DNA from: a virus
Lineage: Duplodnaviria > Caudoviricetes
IMG/VR virus record: IMGVR_UViG_3300037117_000082
Span: 1-64,000 of that record
DNA: 64,000 nt
Direction: 5' to 3' (one strand)
Position numbers and translations under genes: made by a program. The first letter of the stretch is position 1. Each line of letters starts with the position of its first letter. Shown here piece by piece: positions 1 through 10,029 of the stretch. The notes under the pieces are model-generated. The model saw nothing but the letters and a program-made list of their open reading frames with translations. It had not been told where the DNA came from and ran no database searches.

Positions 1-394
1 GCCCGGCCGGCCCGCCGAACGCGGCGTTGACGACCCCGCGCCACTCCTCATCGCTCTCCCACGACGCCCACGGCTGCCGGGTAAGGACATCGCCGAGGAG
101 GGACAGCGGGCGCAGGGGCCGGATGTCGCAGTTGACGTAGGTGCCGCCGAACCTGTTCACCAGGTCGTAGGCGATCACGTCCGCGAGCGCGACGGCCATC
201 TCGATCGAGCCGCCCTTGGTGCAGCGGCCCCGGATGTCCTCCAGCACGTCCTCGTTAGCGAGATCCTCGGGCAGGTTGTGCCAGCCCCACTCGATGACCT
301 TCGCGCCGGGGTTGAGTTCCTGCCATTTCTTCCCGAAGCCGCGGAACGGCGCCGGCATGGGCCGGGGGCCGAGCCACATGCGGTGAATCAGCAC
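1..394 (-). CDS. GT32/Och1-like (DXD sugar-binding) glycosyltransferase, truncated by window edge
   Basis: Manual translation from GTG 394: LIHRMWLGPRPMP...WQELNPG...ADVIAYDLVNRFGGTYVNCD, matching the IHxxW / ADxxxxxxxxxxGGxYxDxD pattern (NCD here). Not in the ORF track. Confidence 0.75.
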   Translation of the reverse strand, partial: MLIHRMWLGPRPMPAPFRGFGKKWQELNPGAKVIEWGWHNLPEDLANEDVLEDIRGRCTKGGSIEMAVALADVIAYDLVNRFGGTYVNCDIRPLRPLSLLGDVLTRQPWASWESDEEWRGVVNAAFGGPAG

Positions 395-1275
395 CCGGCC
401 AGCTCCCGGTAGTGCGCGACCGTCCGGGCGAGCCCGTCCTCGAGCGGGACCGCTCCCGGCAGCCCGGCTTTCGCGAGCACGACGCTGCCGGGTGTCTCGC
501 CGGGCCGCATCGGCAGGAAATCCACCGTGGCCGTGATCCCCGTCTGCCGCTGCACCTCAGCGCGGGTCAGCCACGCTACCTGCGCAACCGTCGTCGCCCG
601 CCCGGTGCCGGCTTCCAGCGGCTCATCCGGCACATCCCCGGCGGCCAGGCCCTCCAGCGCGGTCACGAGCGCCCCGGAGACATCGGTCACGTAGACCATG
701 TCCATCACCTGGGAGCCGTCGCCGTAGACCTCTACAGGCTCGCCGTGCAGTGCCCGCATGATGAACGACGGGATGATCTTCCGCACCCTCGACGTGCCGT
801 AAGGCGCGGCGACCGACTGGCCCGGCCCGTAGGCGTTGAAGGCCCGCACCGACGCGACCGGCAGGCCCCGGTACCGCCGGTACATCCCCGCGAACCGCTC
901 CGCCGCGTTCTTCGTCACCGAGTAGGTGGAGAACTCGAACCAGTTCCCGACCGCGATGTTCACCAGCGGCACCCCGTACTGGGCGCATGCTTCCAGCACG
1001 TTCAGGGCGCCGAGGATGTTGACCTCCGCCGCCGGCCTCGGGTTCGTGATCGTCTCCGCCGTGCCGAGGACGCCGGCAAGGTGGATGACGCCCTCGCAGT
1101 GCGCGACCGCCTCCGTGACCGCCGTCGCGTCCCGGACATCGCCGAGGATCACGTCATGCGCGCAGTCGCGGTCCCGCAGCCGGTCAAGGACCAGCGGGGA
1201 ATGACCTGCTGCTATCAGGGCGTCACACGTATTCCGGCCGATGAATCCCGCGCCCCCGCTGACCATTACCCTCAT
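388..1275 (-). CDS. NAD-dependent epimerase/dehydratase (extended SDR)
   Basis: GGAGFIG Rossmann motif, YSVTK (YxxxK), RAFNAYGPGQ, GDGSQVMD. Confidence 0.92.
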   Translation of the reverse strand: MRVMVSGGAGFIGRNTCDALIAAGHSPLVLDRLRDRDCAHDVILGDVRDATAVTEAVAHCEGVIHLAGVLGTAETITNPRPAAEVNILGALNVLEACAQYGVPLVNIAVGNWFEFSTYSVTKNAAERFAGMYRRYRGLPVASVRAFNAYGPGQSVAAPYGTSRVRKIIPSFIMRALHGEPVEVYGDGSQVMDMVYVTDVSGALVTALEGLAAGDVPDEPLEAGTGRATTVAQVAWLTRAEVQRQTGITATVDFLPMRPGETPGSVVLAKAGLPGAVPLEDGLARTVAHYRELAGC

Positions 1276-2399
1276 GCGGTGATCCTCGCTTCCAGCTCGG
1301 CGAGAGCCGGGGCCCAGTGCTCCTTCAGCACCCGGTCAGCGTCGTACTGCGCGGCGAAGGGGACGCACTTAGCCCGCCTGGCCTCGTAGACCTTCCCCCG
1401 CAGGTACGCCTGCTCATACGCCCGGTGGATGGCGGCGATCGACGGGCGGGTCCAGCAGGCGTTGTGGACCGGGTTCCAGAACGGCTCCCCGGCGACTTTC
1501 CACCCGCCGCCGCACATCTCCGCCATCGCCCCGGCATCCGTGACCACAACCGGAATCCCGCAGCTCTGAGCCTCTAGCGCAGTGATCCCGAAGCCCTCGC
1601 CGAAACTGGCCTGCGAGTACAGGTCAAGTGCCCCGTACCAGTTCGCCACCTGCTGGCTGGTGATCATCCCGGTCAGGTACTCGTACTGCCCGCAGAACTT
1701 CACCGCGTCCTGGATGCCCAGGTGGTGCGTCACCTTCGACAAGTCCACTGAGCCCACCTCGTGGACCAGCCCGTGGATCAGCAGCAGCGTGTCCGGGTGC
1801 GCCGCGTGCAGCCTCGCGAACGCCGCCAGCTGCTCGTACATGCCTTTACGGAAGCTGTCCTTGTTGTTCGCGTTGATGCCGATCGTGAACTTCCCGGCGG
1901 CCCCCAGGATCTCCCTGGTCTCCTCCCGGATCGGCGACGGCGAGAACAGGGCCGTATCGATCCCGTGGGGCACGTAGAGCGGCGAGTATCCCGCTGCCCT
2001 GAGCCGTGCCTCCCCGGCGCGTGACATCGCGATCGGGATGGCCCCCGAGGCGTCCAGGAACGTCCTGTCGGCGCTCGACAGCGGCTCGGAGTCCGAGGGC
2101 ATCCAGCAGGCCAGGGGCTGGCCTTTCAGCGGCGCCGGGTCCAGCACCCACACGTCCATCAGGGTGATGATCAGGTCCGCCCCGTGCCGTGCCCGGTGCT
2201 GCGGCAGGATCCCGGCGCCGTACGGGTCGCCGGGGAACGCGCCGGGCAGGACCGTGATCCCGTTCCACGCCAGCGGCGACCCGCCGAGGCCGTGGAACGC
2301 GGAGATGACTACCTCATGGCCGAGCTGCGGCAGGCGGGTCGCAAGCATGGCGGTTTGCGTACCATATCCTGAGCGTTCCCATGGAGCATTTGATCCCAA
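1272..2399 (-). CDS. GT4 (GT-B) glycosyltransferase
   Basis: SNAPWERSGYGTQT N-terminus, YVPHGID, EGFGITALEAQSCGIPVV (ExFGxxxxEA). The true start may be ATA 2411. Confidence 0.9.
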   Translation of the reverse strand: MGSNAPWERSGYGTQTAMLATRLPQLGHEVVISAFHGLGGSPLAWNGITVLPGAFPGDPYGAGILPQHRARHGADLIITLMDVWVLDPAPLKGQPLACWMPSDSEPLSSADRTFLDASGAIPIAMSRAGEARLRAAGYSPLYVPHGIDTALFSPSPIREETREILGAAGKFTIGINANNKDSFRKGMYEQLAAFARLHAAHPDTLLLIHGLVHEVGSVDLSKVTHHLGIQDAVKFCGQYEYLTGMITSQQVANWYGALDLYSQASFGEGFGITALEAQSCGIPVVVTDAGAMAEMCGGGWKVAGEPFWNPVHNACWTRPSIAAIHRAYEQAYLRGKVYEARRAKCVPFAAQYDADRVLKEHWAPALAELEARITA

Positions 2400-2430
2400 A
2401 ATGACCTTTATCGGGCCACCCCCGCCCGGG

Positions 2431-2901
2431 TCATGCCGCGACCACGAAATACTGCACGTTGACGGTCTGGGTCGGCGCGACCGACCCCGAGTTGCTGACC
2501 GTGAACCCCGTAGTCGCCAGCGCGGTTGCCTCCACCGTGGTCACGCTCGCCACGGATCCGGTCGTGTTGGTGGCCGTCGCGAACACCGCCACCGGGGCAG
2601 CCGGCAGCGCAGTCCCGAACGCCACGGTGGCGATCGTCCCCGCCGCGACCCCCGAGGAGTCGACCGTGAGCAGGAAGTTCCCGCCCATGTCATGGCCCTT
2701 CGGCACCGACGCCACGCAGTGCGTGACCCCCGTGATCGTCGGCAGCGCCCCCCCGCCGTTGAGCGCGACGGCAGTAAGGCCGCCCGCCCCGTGGACGTTC
2801 AGGGAGCCGCCCTGCTCGCTGATGATCACGGCACCCGAGAACGTCACGTTCGCGGTTTCGCTCTTGGTCCCCGGTGCGAGGTTCTTTCCGGCTAGCGACA
2901 T
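2431..2901 (-). CDS. small beta-rich virion/decoration protein
   Basis: Ala/Thr/Gly/Val-rich, GGAG RBS, downstream of capsid; resembles the C-terminus of 11396..13360. Confidence 0.6.
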   Translation of the reverse strand: MSLAGKNLAPGTKSETANVTFSGAVIISEQGGSLNVHGAGGLTAVALNGGGALPTITGVTHCVASVPKGHDMGGNFLLTVDSSGVAAGTIATVAFGTALPAAPVAVFATATNTTGSVASVTTVEATALATTGFTVSNSGSVAPTQTVNVQYFVVAA

Positions 2902-3006
2902 GCATCTCCAATGCTTCCGGGACTCACCCGGCAGGGAAAAGGCGAACAGGGATGAGGGGCCGCGGCCCCGGCGGGAGCTGAGTACCGCCGGGAACCGCGA
3001 GCCCGG

Positions 3007-3291
3007 TCAGACGACTGACTCCACGGTCGCCAGCCCGCCCAGGGCCTGCGACGTCTTGGCCGTGTTGCAGATCGCGTAGATGCTGATCTCCTGCCCCTGC
3101 AGCGTCACCTGGTCGCCCGCCGCCACCAGCAGCCCCGTGGCGTAGGTGACCGAGGACGTCCCCAGGGCGAACGTGTTAGGTCCCTGGTTGATGACGGTGG
3201 GGTTGACCTGCAGCCCCCCCGAGGTGGCCGTGTAGACGAGCGTGGCGACGGTGCTGACGGTGGTTGCGGATCCGGGCCCGAAGAGAGCCAT
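3007..3291 (-). CDS. small virion-associated protein
   Basis: ATG 3291 preceded by AGGAGG (MALFGPGSATT...), directly after the capsid gene. Confidence 0.6.
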   Translation of the reverse strand: MALFGPGSATTVSTVATLVYTATSGGLQVNPTVINQGPNTFALGTSSVTYATGLLVAAGDQVTLQGQEISIYAICNTAKTSQALGGLATVESVV

Positions 3292-3356
3292 GCGCCTCCT
3301 GTTAGTGGTGACTGGCGGCATGGCCGCCCTGTTGCGGGTAGTGCGGGAAGTTGGGG

Positions 3357-3405
3357 AGCGATGCGCGGGCCGGGCGCCCTTGCTGAGCACCCGGCCCGGC
3401 ACCGC
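3357..3405 (-). terminator. GC-rich stem-loop after capsid gene (terminator or mRNA stabiliser)
   Basis: Minus strand GCGGTGC-CGGGCCGGGTGCTC...GGGCGCCCGGCCCG-CGCATCGC inverted repeat; a second hairpin lies at about 2960-3000. Confidence 0.5.
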
Positions 3406-3458
3406 TGTGAGACTCTGGCTACCCTGCCTGTCCTAATCGGACATAACAGGATGAATGC

Positions 3459-6336
3459 TCAGGAATAAGGCGTAACGTCACTAACCTGGAGTCCCTGGAG
3501 CAAACCGGAGAAGAACGGTGCGTTCGCGATCAATGCCCCATACCAGAAGATGCTGAACCTAAAGGTCGCATCTATGACAGGCCAGGCGATACTGGCGTAA
3601 TCTTGCACCATTCGGGCTTCCCAGGCATTGCTGATCTGGGAGTAGGTCATCGGCGGCTGGTAGGTCATGAAGGCCGCCGTGCCCTGCGTGAACCAGGGGT
3701 GGACGACCAGCTTGAGGATGGAGCGGGTGATCGGGTTCTGGAACTCGCTGACGGCGCCGCCGACGCGCATTCCCCCGACATCCTGCTGCTCCAGGAACAG
3801 GCGGTAGTTCGTCGCCGTCCCCGCCGAGATCACGTCGTTGGACAGGCGCATGATGTCGCCGCCGTCGCCGACGATCTCCTGCGGGTCCGCCTTGAACGCG
3901 CCCGGACTCGTGGTGTTGGACTCCCACAAGGCGTCCAGCGCCGTGTAGATGGCGTTGTAGGACAGGTGGGTGCCCACGGACTGGTTGACGTAGCCGCCCT
4001 GCCAGCCCGCCGGGTAGACCCCGGCTGCGGCAGACGCGCCGGAAAGCGTCGGGATGACGCCCTCCATCCGGGTGTTCTTCCCGGTGCCGGTGTCAGTCGC
4101 CGGCGGGACAACGGCGCTCGGCAGGGACGCGAAGCCCTGGAGGGTGTACTTCGTTCCGCCGACGCCCGATGCCAGCAGGTAGTAGCTGGTAGCGGACGTG
4201 TAGCCGTAGATGCTGTACGTCATCGCGCCCGCGGACGGGGCGATCGTGACATCCACGACCTGGCCGGAAGCCACGGCGAACGTGGACGACGCGGCCGAGA
4301 CGGCGGTGGAGCCGAAGTAGTTGGTCGCGGCCACCTTGACCGCGGTGAGGTTGGTGTTGAGCGCCGTCTCGTTGGAGCCGGCGGTGCGGACGGCGCAGGT
4401 CGGTGCTGCGGGAACGGCCAGCGGAGCCGAGGTTCCGGCGATGAACTGGTACTCCTCGCCGAGCATGGCCTCCTGAAGCATGATCAGGTTGGCCAGGCCG
4501 GCAATGTCCTCGAAGCCCTGCCCTGCGAACTGCGCGAGCCACGAAAGCTGCTCGCTGATGCCGAAGAAGCGGTACGGAACATTCCAGTCGTTGTTACTCG
4601 CCGCCAGAGGCGGCGGGGCTAGTCGTTTCCGCTAGCCTCCTGCGCTCTCACGCAGGCTCGGACTCGATCATGATCTGAACTTATGCAGCGACCGGCAGGC
4701 CAAGCTTCCTGGCCATATGCTGCCGGCGCCTAGTCAGGTCCAGCTCGCCTAGCAGGCGAGCGCCCTTCCATCGATTACATGTGCTGTGTGCAGGCAGGAT
4801 GTTGCCGGCAGTGTGCGTGCCGCCCCTCGCCAGCGGGATGACATGGTCGAAATCCATCGCATCGGCGGAAGGTATCTCCAGCGTGCAGATGTGACAGACC
4901 ATGCCGTGCTCGGCGAGCAGGGCCTCCAGGTCCACGCGCTCGGTCCTGGTGGTCCGCTTCTGAGCTTTCCGGCGCCGGACGAAGCCCTTGTAGAGCGCGG
5001 GGCGCTTCGCGTACTTCTGCCGCCCGTAGGCGCGAACGGCGTCCGGGTCCCGGGCCATCGCGTCATCCCGGTTGCGCTTGACGACTGCATGGAAGCAGTC
5101 GTTGCAGGTCCGGGCAAGCCAGACGCGATCGCCGGTCTTGTTCGGCGCCGGCCGGAAGAACTCGATGGTTAGCGGCTTCGGCTCTCCGCAGTCCCGGCAA
5201 ACCCGAAACAGTTCGGGCGGTGCCTGGCAGGCGAGAGAGCAGAACCGGCGCCCCGTGTAGTCACGGAACTCCTTGCCGCATGAGCAGCGGACTATCTGGC
5301 CGCCTTTGCGGTAGGCGCTAGCGTAAGCCGTCGTCCAGGCACGGCATTTGTCACACAACCTGGCGCCGCCGCGCGGCCCCATCGTTGCTGGCTGCTTCTC
5401 GCACCTGATGCACAACACATGTTTATCGTACTAGTGTTCAGACCCCGCGTGCAGAGTCTCTGAACCTTTCCCGTGGGCGTGTTGCCTTTAGGGACTCGGC
5501 TGCTGATTGCCCCTCTGTGCTGCTTGCTTTTTGAACCATCACGCTCGGGCTTTCGCCCCACGTTGTGGTGCAAGCAGGTGGCTCGGGTATTCCAGCAATT
5601 CTCGCGGTTTGCACTCACCCGTCACCGGATGAGGTCCCAATCAGTTCAGGAAGACCTCGGTCTGACTGCCCGAGGGAGGCAGGTTGAGAGGCCAGTTCGA
5701 GAACGTACCGCCGCTCTGAACCAGCTCGGTGATGGAGACGTCGAGGACGCCCTGGCCGCCGGTCTGGCTGCCAGAGATGCCGGTGATGACCCGTTCCTGC
5801 GCACTCGTGCCCTGGCCCTGGGGCCGGGGAAACTTGTTGCGGAAAACGGTATAAACCGGATAGATCAGACGACTCGGGCGCATGAGATCAAACGGCACCA
5901 ACCCGTACACACTGCCCACGCCGAGGTTCCCGGCCGTGAAGTTCTTGAACGCCTCGCTGCCGCCGGGCATGCCGGCGAAGACACCCGACAGGGTGTCCAT
6001 CAGCGAAGGCGCGGTCAGGGCCGTCTTCAGGTACCCGAACTGGTTCAGGAACCCCTGGTTCATGCCCTTGACCACGGCGGGCTTGTCGTTGATGCCGTTC
6101 CAGGTTGACTGCCGCAGGTCGATAGCGGCCTGGCTGGCCTTGGTCATGATCTGGATCTCGTCGGTGAGGGGGGCGTTGCCGAGTCCGGCGTAGCCCGCTC
6201 CCTTGACGAGGTTGGGGAGCCGGGCCTTCAGCATCTCTCCCGTGCGGGAGAACTGCTGGACGTTGCCGGCTACCTCGGCGCCCGTGGGGCTGAGCTGGTC
6301 AGCCGGGGCGATTGTTGCTTCGAGAATGTCTGCCAT
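3459..6336 (-). CDS. major capsid protein, intron-split (exon 1 about 6336-5648, exon 2 about 4584-3459; about 604 aa spliced)
   Basis: Follows the protease, AAGGAG RBS. Exon 1 ends ...SGSQTEV; exon 2 frame is open upstream of the tracked ORF (NVPYRFFGISEQLSWLAQFAG...MLQEAMLGEE). Removing 1063 nt restores the frame. Confidence 0.85.
4585..5651 (-). ncRNA. group I self-splicing intron with HNH ORF in the P8 loop
   Basis: P AATTGCTGGAA (5600-5590), Q AATCAGCAGCC (5508-5498), R GTTCAGAGACTC (5465-5454), S ATGATCGAGTCC (4671-4660). P7 G(A)GACTC/GAGTCC, P3 CCGCG/CGCGG, P8 GTCTGAAC/GTTCAGAT flanking the ORF, GNRA-capped P2. Splice sites are ambiguous by 4 nt. Confidence 0.92.
4681..5418 (-). CDS. 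intron-encoded HNH homing endonuclease
   Basis: CHIC...DFDHVIPLARGGTHTAGNILPAHSTCNRWKG; several N-terminal CxxC Zn ribbons. Confidence 0.9.
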   Translation of the reverse strand: MLCIRCEKQPATMGPRGGARLCDKCRAWTTAYASAYRKGGQIVRCSCGKEFRDYTGRRFCSLACQAPPELFRVCRDCGEPKPLTIEFFRPAPNKTGDRVWLARTCNDCFHAVVKRNRDDAMARDPDAVRAYGRQKYAKRPALYKGFVRRRKAQKRTTRTERVDLEALLAEHGMVCHICTLEIPSADAMDFDHVIPLARGGTHTAGNILPAHSTCNRWKGARLLGELDLTRRRQHMARKLGLPVAA

Positions 6337-6462
6337 GCACTCCTTAATGGGTGCTGGTAGTTGCGTTCTTGTTGTCTCCTATGGGGTCTGGCCCGTGCGC
6401 GCCGCGCTAGGGCAGTCGTTACCTCTCAGCACCGCTGAGGGGGACGTTTGAGGGTGTGCCGG

Positions 6463-6743
6463 TCAGGCCGCGCGGCCAGCGTTGCGCAGATCCCGCGCCA
6501 TCGCGCTCTTGCGGATCTGGCGGGCTAGCTGCTGGTCGGTGACTACGCTGCCGGCCACGTGGTAGGTGACGGTAACTCCCGGCATCGCTGGCGGCGTGAA
6601 AGTCGTGGCGCCGCCTGACGTGCCCGGGCCCGGCCAGATGGTCGTCGCGGGACCGAGCACGCCTGTGGTGCCGCCCGAGCACGGGCAGCAGTCAAGGTCA
6701 GGGGAGTTGATCCGCTGGCAGGCAGGGCAGCGCCATCCTTCAC
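6463..6743 (-). CDS. hypothetical Zn-ribbon protein
   Basis: GTG 6743 overlaps the upstream stop; GWRCPACQRINSP...CPC. Confidence 0.55.
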
Positions 6744-6976
6744 GCATCGCGGGACGCCGTTGCGGCAGCGCACTCGCGCTCAAAGCGGCGGGCACCGAGG
6801 AATGCGCGCAGCGGCGTCTTGTGGCCGCCTGCGCCCACCGGGCCGGCCGGGCCGTACTGGACGCCGCAGGACCATGAGCGCCGGGGAGCACCGGGAGGGT
6901 AGACCTCATGCTGGAAGGTGTAGCGGCCGATCTTCCACCCGCGCGGGGGCGACTCGGCGCCGTCGAGAATGGTCAT
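6740..6976 (-). CDS. hypothetical protein
   Basis: AGGGAG RBS, in operon orientation. Confidence 0.5.
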   Translation of the reverse strand: MTILDGAESPPRGWKIGRYTFQHEVYPPGAPRRSWSCGVQYGPAGPVGAGGHKTPLRAFLGARRFERECAAATASRDA

Positions 6977-7016
6977 CGCGCTTCCTCCCTTGGTGCGGTC
7001 AGCTCGCCCTGCCCGG

Positions 7017-7175
7017 TCACAGCCAGTGCCTCCGGCCGCCGACTGGATGGCCGGCGTGGCCGAGGACGAGCAGGATCAGGCCGGCGATCAGGACGACGGC
7101 GCCGGCCGTGACCAGCACGGCGAGCTTTGCCACGAGCAGCCCGATGACGAGCAGGATGATGCCGAGGGTGATCAT
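7017..7175 (-). CDS. small two-TM membrane protein (DUF6131-like)
   Basis: MITLGIILLVIG...GHPVGGRRHWL, AAGGAG RBS; the actinobacterial family ends GGRRHx(Y/W). Confidence 0.65.
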   Translation of the reverse strand: MITLGIILLVIGLLVAKLAVLVTAGAVVLIAGLILLVLGHAGHPVGGRRHWL

Positions 7176-7185
7176 TACGTCTCCT

Positions 7186-9945
7186 TTACCGCACGCCGCC
7201 CGCGACATTCAGCAGCCTGGTCAGCTCCTGCCACGCGACTTCGCGCTTGCCGGGGTCCGGGTCGTTGCGGGCCTGGTGCTGGAGGTCCCGGATGAGGGAT
7301 TCCTGCACGTTGCTGGCTGCCTTCTCCACGGCGCTCCGCTCGGGGACCGCCGGGGATGGCTGCATGGCCTTCGGGCGCACCCCGCCTGCGCCTACGGCCT
7401 TGAAGGGGGCGTAGCGGGGGTCAGGGGCAGAGGCCATCTGGTCGATGAGCTCTCCCTGCTGCTCAAGCTTCGCGGCAAGGGGGGCGACGGCCTTCTCGAC
7501 GGCTGCCTGCAGCGCCGCGGCGTCCAGCGACGGGACGGGCAGGGCAGCGACGACGGGAAGCGGGTCCGCTGCCTTGGCCGCCATGTCGCCCTTCACGGGC
7601 ATCTTGTCGCCGCAGCCGGGGCAGAACTTGCCGGGCCGTGCCTTCTTGCCGCACTTGCAGTCCATCTTGGCCGGCTTGCCCGGCGCGGCTGCCTTGGTGA
7701 CGGGCAGGTCGCCCTCGTACTGGACGCCCGTGGTCTCCCCGGACGCGCCGTCTGCCTTCCGGGCTCCCGGCACCGGGACGGGGCGCGCGCCAGCGGGCGG
7801 CTGCCCGCCGTGACCGGGCCCGTGCATGGGGCACAGGTCAGGGAACGTTCCCGCAATGTGGTCGTGCATGGACGCCATCGCGGACCTGGCGCCGTCACGG
7901 CTCGTGTTGCGGTAGAACGTCCGCTGCGGCTTCCCCGGCACCGAGGGGACAGCCTGGGAGCCGTTGTCCCCGCCGGGCTCGCTGGAGGCTTCCTGGCCCC
8001 CGGTGAGAGGACCGCGGGTGAAGTCCGTAGCGGAGATGTGCTCAGCGGTGATGGTCATCGGGCTCGCGCCGCTTGCCGCCGTCGTGTTCGACTGGTCCAT
8101 GCCGGACAGGGCCGGGCGGCGGAACGACTGCGGGCGCAGCTCGGACGGGGCCGGGTAGGTGGAAGGGCCGGGGTTCGCGTCGGCGAACGCCTTGTGCGCC
8201 TCCCAGCGCAGGCCGGTGACCGTCTCCGCGTCGGTTCCGGCGATGGTGAGGGCGTCCTGCCAGCGGCGCTGCGCCTTCCCCGCCTCGGCCAGCGGCGCGT
8301 CGATCGCGGCCGACAGGGCCTTCGACTGCCATTCCGCCGGGTCCGCGACCATCGCAAGCGTCTGGCCGGGGTAGGACTTCGCGGTCGCGTCCGGGGAGAA
8401 CGCCGGGCACAGGAAGTCGTGCAGCATCCCCTCGCCCCACGACGCGCCCGCGTTCCTGATGTGCCACGACGCGGCCTCGGAGCCCGCGGTCTTGCCCGTC
8501 TGCGCCATCTCGGCAGCAGGAGGGGCCACAGCGGCCTCGGCTGCCCGCTCGGAGGGCTCGTCCGGGTTGGTGCCCTCCAGGTGCGCGTCGTCCTCGAGCT
8601 GTTCCATCGCCACCCCGTCAGGCTCCCGGTGAGGGGTAACGGGGTCGGTCGGCGCGGAGTCCTTCACGCCATCGGCAGGAGACGGGGACGCGGCCTTGTC
8701 GGCAGCATCGGGCTTGTCGGGGGTCATCTTCTTGCCGCACTTGAAGCAGAACGGGTTCTTCGCGCCGGACTTCTTGCCGCACGACGGGCACGCCATCTTC
8801 GGCTTCGCGGCCTTGTCGGCGACAGGAACGGCGGGCGCGTCATCGGCCGTGGCGGCCTTCTCCGCGTCGTCGGTGAGCGGGTTGGCGACGCCCAGTTCAC
8901 TCGCGCGCTTGGCGATCAGCGCCTTCGCGGCGGTGACGTCACCGTGCCCGGAGCGGGCCAGGATCGCGGCGTTGCCCAGATCCTCCGCGTTGGCGATCGG
9001 ATAGGAACCGTCGCTCAATGCGTGGCCCTTGCCAGCCAGTTCCTTGCGCTCGGCAGCGGACACGTCCCGCTTCCAGATCGCCGACTCGACGGCCTTCAGC
9101 GCGTCGGCCACGGCAACCTCTGCCGCGTCCGTTTCCGCTGCCTTCGGCATGTCCGTGTCATCCGGGGCGTCCATGTCAGCGTCGGATGCCTCGTCCTCCT
9201 GGTCAGCCGCAGCGTTGTCGCCGCCGGCCTCGTCGGCTCCCGCAGCTGCCTTCTGCGCTTCAGCGTCCTCGGCGATCTCCCGGTGCTTCAGCAGCTTCGC
9301 GAGGTCGGACGGGGAGAACGTGAGGGACGCCTTGATCACGTCGGGCTCGTCTGTCTTGGTGGTCGTGCCATCGCCTCCGAGCATCTTGCCGACGAACTCC
9401 GGGCCGCCATCGGCTGCCGCCTTGAACAGCTGGAAAGCAGTGCCGAAGTTGGAACCGCGATCAACGACTGAGATCTCGCCGAGCCCGGTCATGCCGTCCG
9501 CGCGGTCGGTGATGACTCCCCGGACCGCCTTGTGCTCAGGGTCCAGGTGGTTGAAGCGCGGGTCGCCGACGCGGATGTCCGGGTGGCAGATGCCGATGCT
9601 CCAGTCGTTCAGCACCTTGGTGCGGATCTTGTGCTTGGCGTCGGGGTCGGCGATCAGGCCCTTGACGAAGTGGCCGTCGACCTCCAGCCCGCGCCCGACC
9701 GCCTTGCGCGGGTCGTGCTGCATGCGGATGTTGGCCTTGGTGTCGAACCACTTCTTGATCCACCGGAGGCTGGCTTCGGGGTCTACGACCTGAAGATCTC
9801 CGTCGAGGGTGCCATCGGTGACCTTCCCCCAGATCTCTATGTCCGGGGTGCCGTCCACGGGGTTAATCGTCCCCGTGTCCTCTGACTTCGAGATCGGCAT
9901 CGAGAAGTGGACCATCTCGTTGCCGGCGGTCAGTGTGTTCGCCAT
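7186..9945 (-). CDS. HK97-type prohead protease fused to scaffold and Zn-ribbon domains
   Basis: ATG 9945 with GGAGG; NIRMQHD, DWSIG, EISVVDRGSN protease motifs; ERKELAGKGHALSDGSYPI module; two CxxC pairs; many K-A/K-S junctions. Confidence 0.85.
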   Translation of the reverse strand: MANTLTAGNEMVHFSMPISKSEDTGTINPVDGTPDIEIWGKVTDGTLDGDLQVVDPEASLRWIKKWFDTKANIRMQHDPRKAVGRGLEVDGHFVKGLIADPDAKHKIRTKVLNDWSIGICHPDIRVGDPRFNHLDPEHKAVRGVITDRADGMTGLGEISVVDRGSNFGTAFQLFKAAADGGPEFVGKMLGGDGTTTKTDEPDVIKASLTFSPSDLAKLLKHREIAEDAEAQKAAAGADEAGGDNAAADQEDEASDADMDAPDDTDMPKAAETDAAEVAVADALKAVESAIWKRDVSAAERKELAGKGHALSDGSYPIANAEDLGNAAILARSGHGDVTAAKALIAKRASELGVANPLTDDAEKAATADDAPAVPVADKAAKPKMACPSCGKKSGAKNPFCFKCGKKMTPDKPDAADKAASPSPADGVKDSAPTDPVTPHREPDGVAMEQLEDDAHLEGTNPDEPSERAAEAAVAPPAAEMAQTGKTAGSEAASWHIRNAGASWGEGMLHDFLCPAFSPDATAKSYPGQTLAMVADPAEWQSKALSAAIDAPLAEAGKAQRRWQDALTIAGTDAETVTGLRWEAHKAFADANPGPSTYPAPSELRPQSFRRPALSGMDQSNTTAASGASPMTITAEHISATDFTRGPLTGGQEASSEPGGDNGSQAVPSVPGKPQRTFYRNTSRDGARSAMASMHDHIAGTFPDLCPMHGPGHGGQPPAGARPVPVPGARKADGASGETTGVQYEGDLPVTKAAAPGKPAKMDCKCGKKARPGKFCPGCGDKMPVKGDMAAKAADPLPVVAALPVPSLDAAALQAAVEKAVAPLAAKLEQQGELIDQMASAPDPRYAPFKAVGAGGVRPKAMQPSPAVPERSAVEKAASNVQESLIRDLQHQARNDPDPGKREVAWQELTRLLNVAGGVR

Positions 9946-10029
9946 GCACCTCCGGAAAGGGCAGATCGGGTAGACCGCCGTGGCGGCAAGGGGGAGAACG
10001 AAGATCACTAGGGGGGGGATGCGGCGGCG

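Noticed and set aside
5641-6336. Independent 231-aa protein
   Set aside because: Its stop codon lies inside the intron 5' end; it is capsid exon 1.
6760-9471. 903-aa + strand ORF
   Set aside because: Antisense shadow of the protease/scaffold gene, caused by high-GC codon bias; no motifs.
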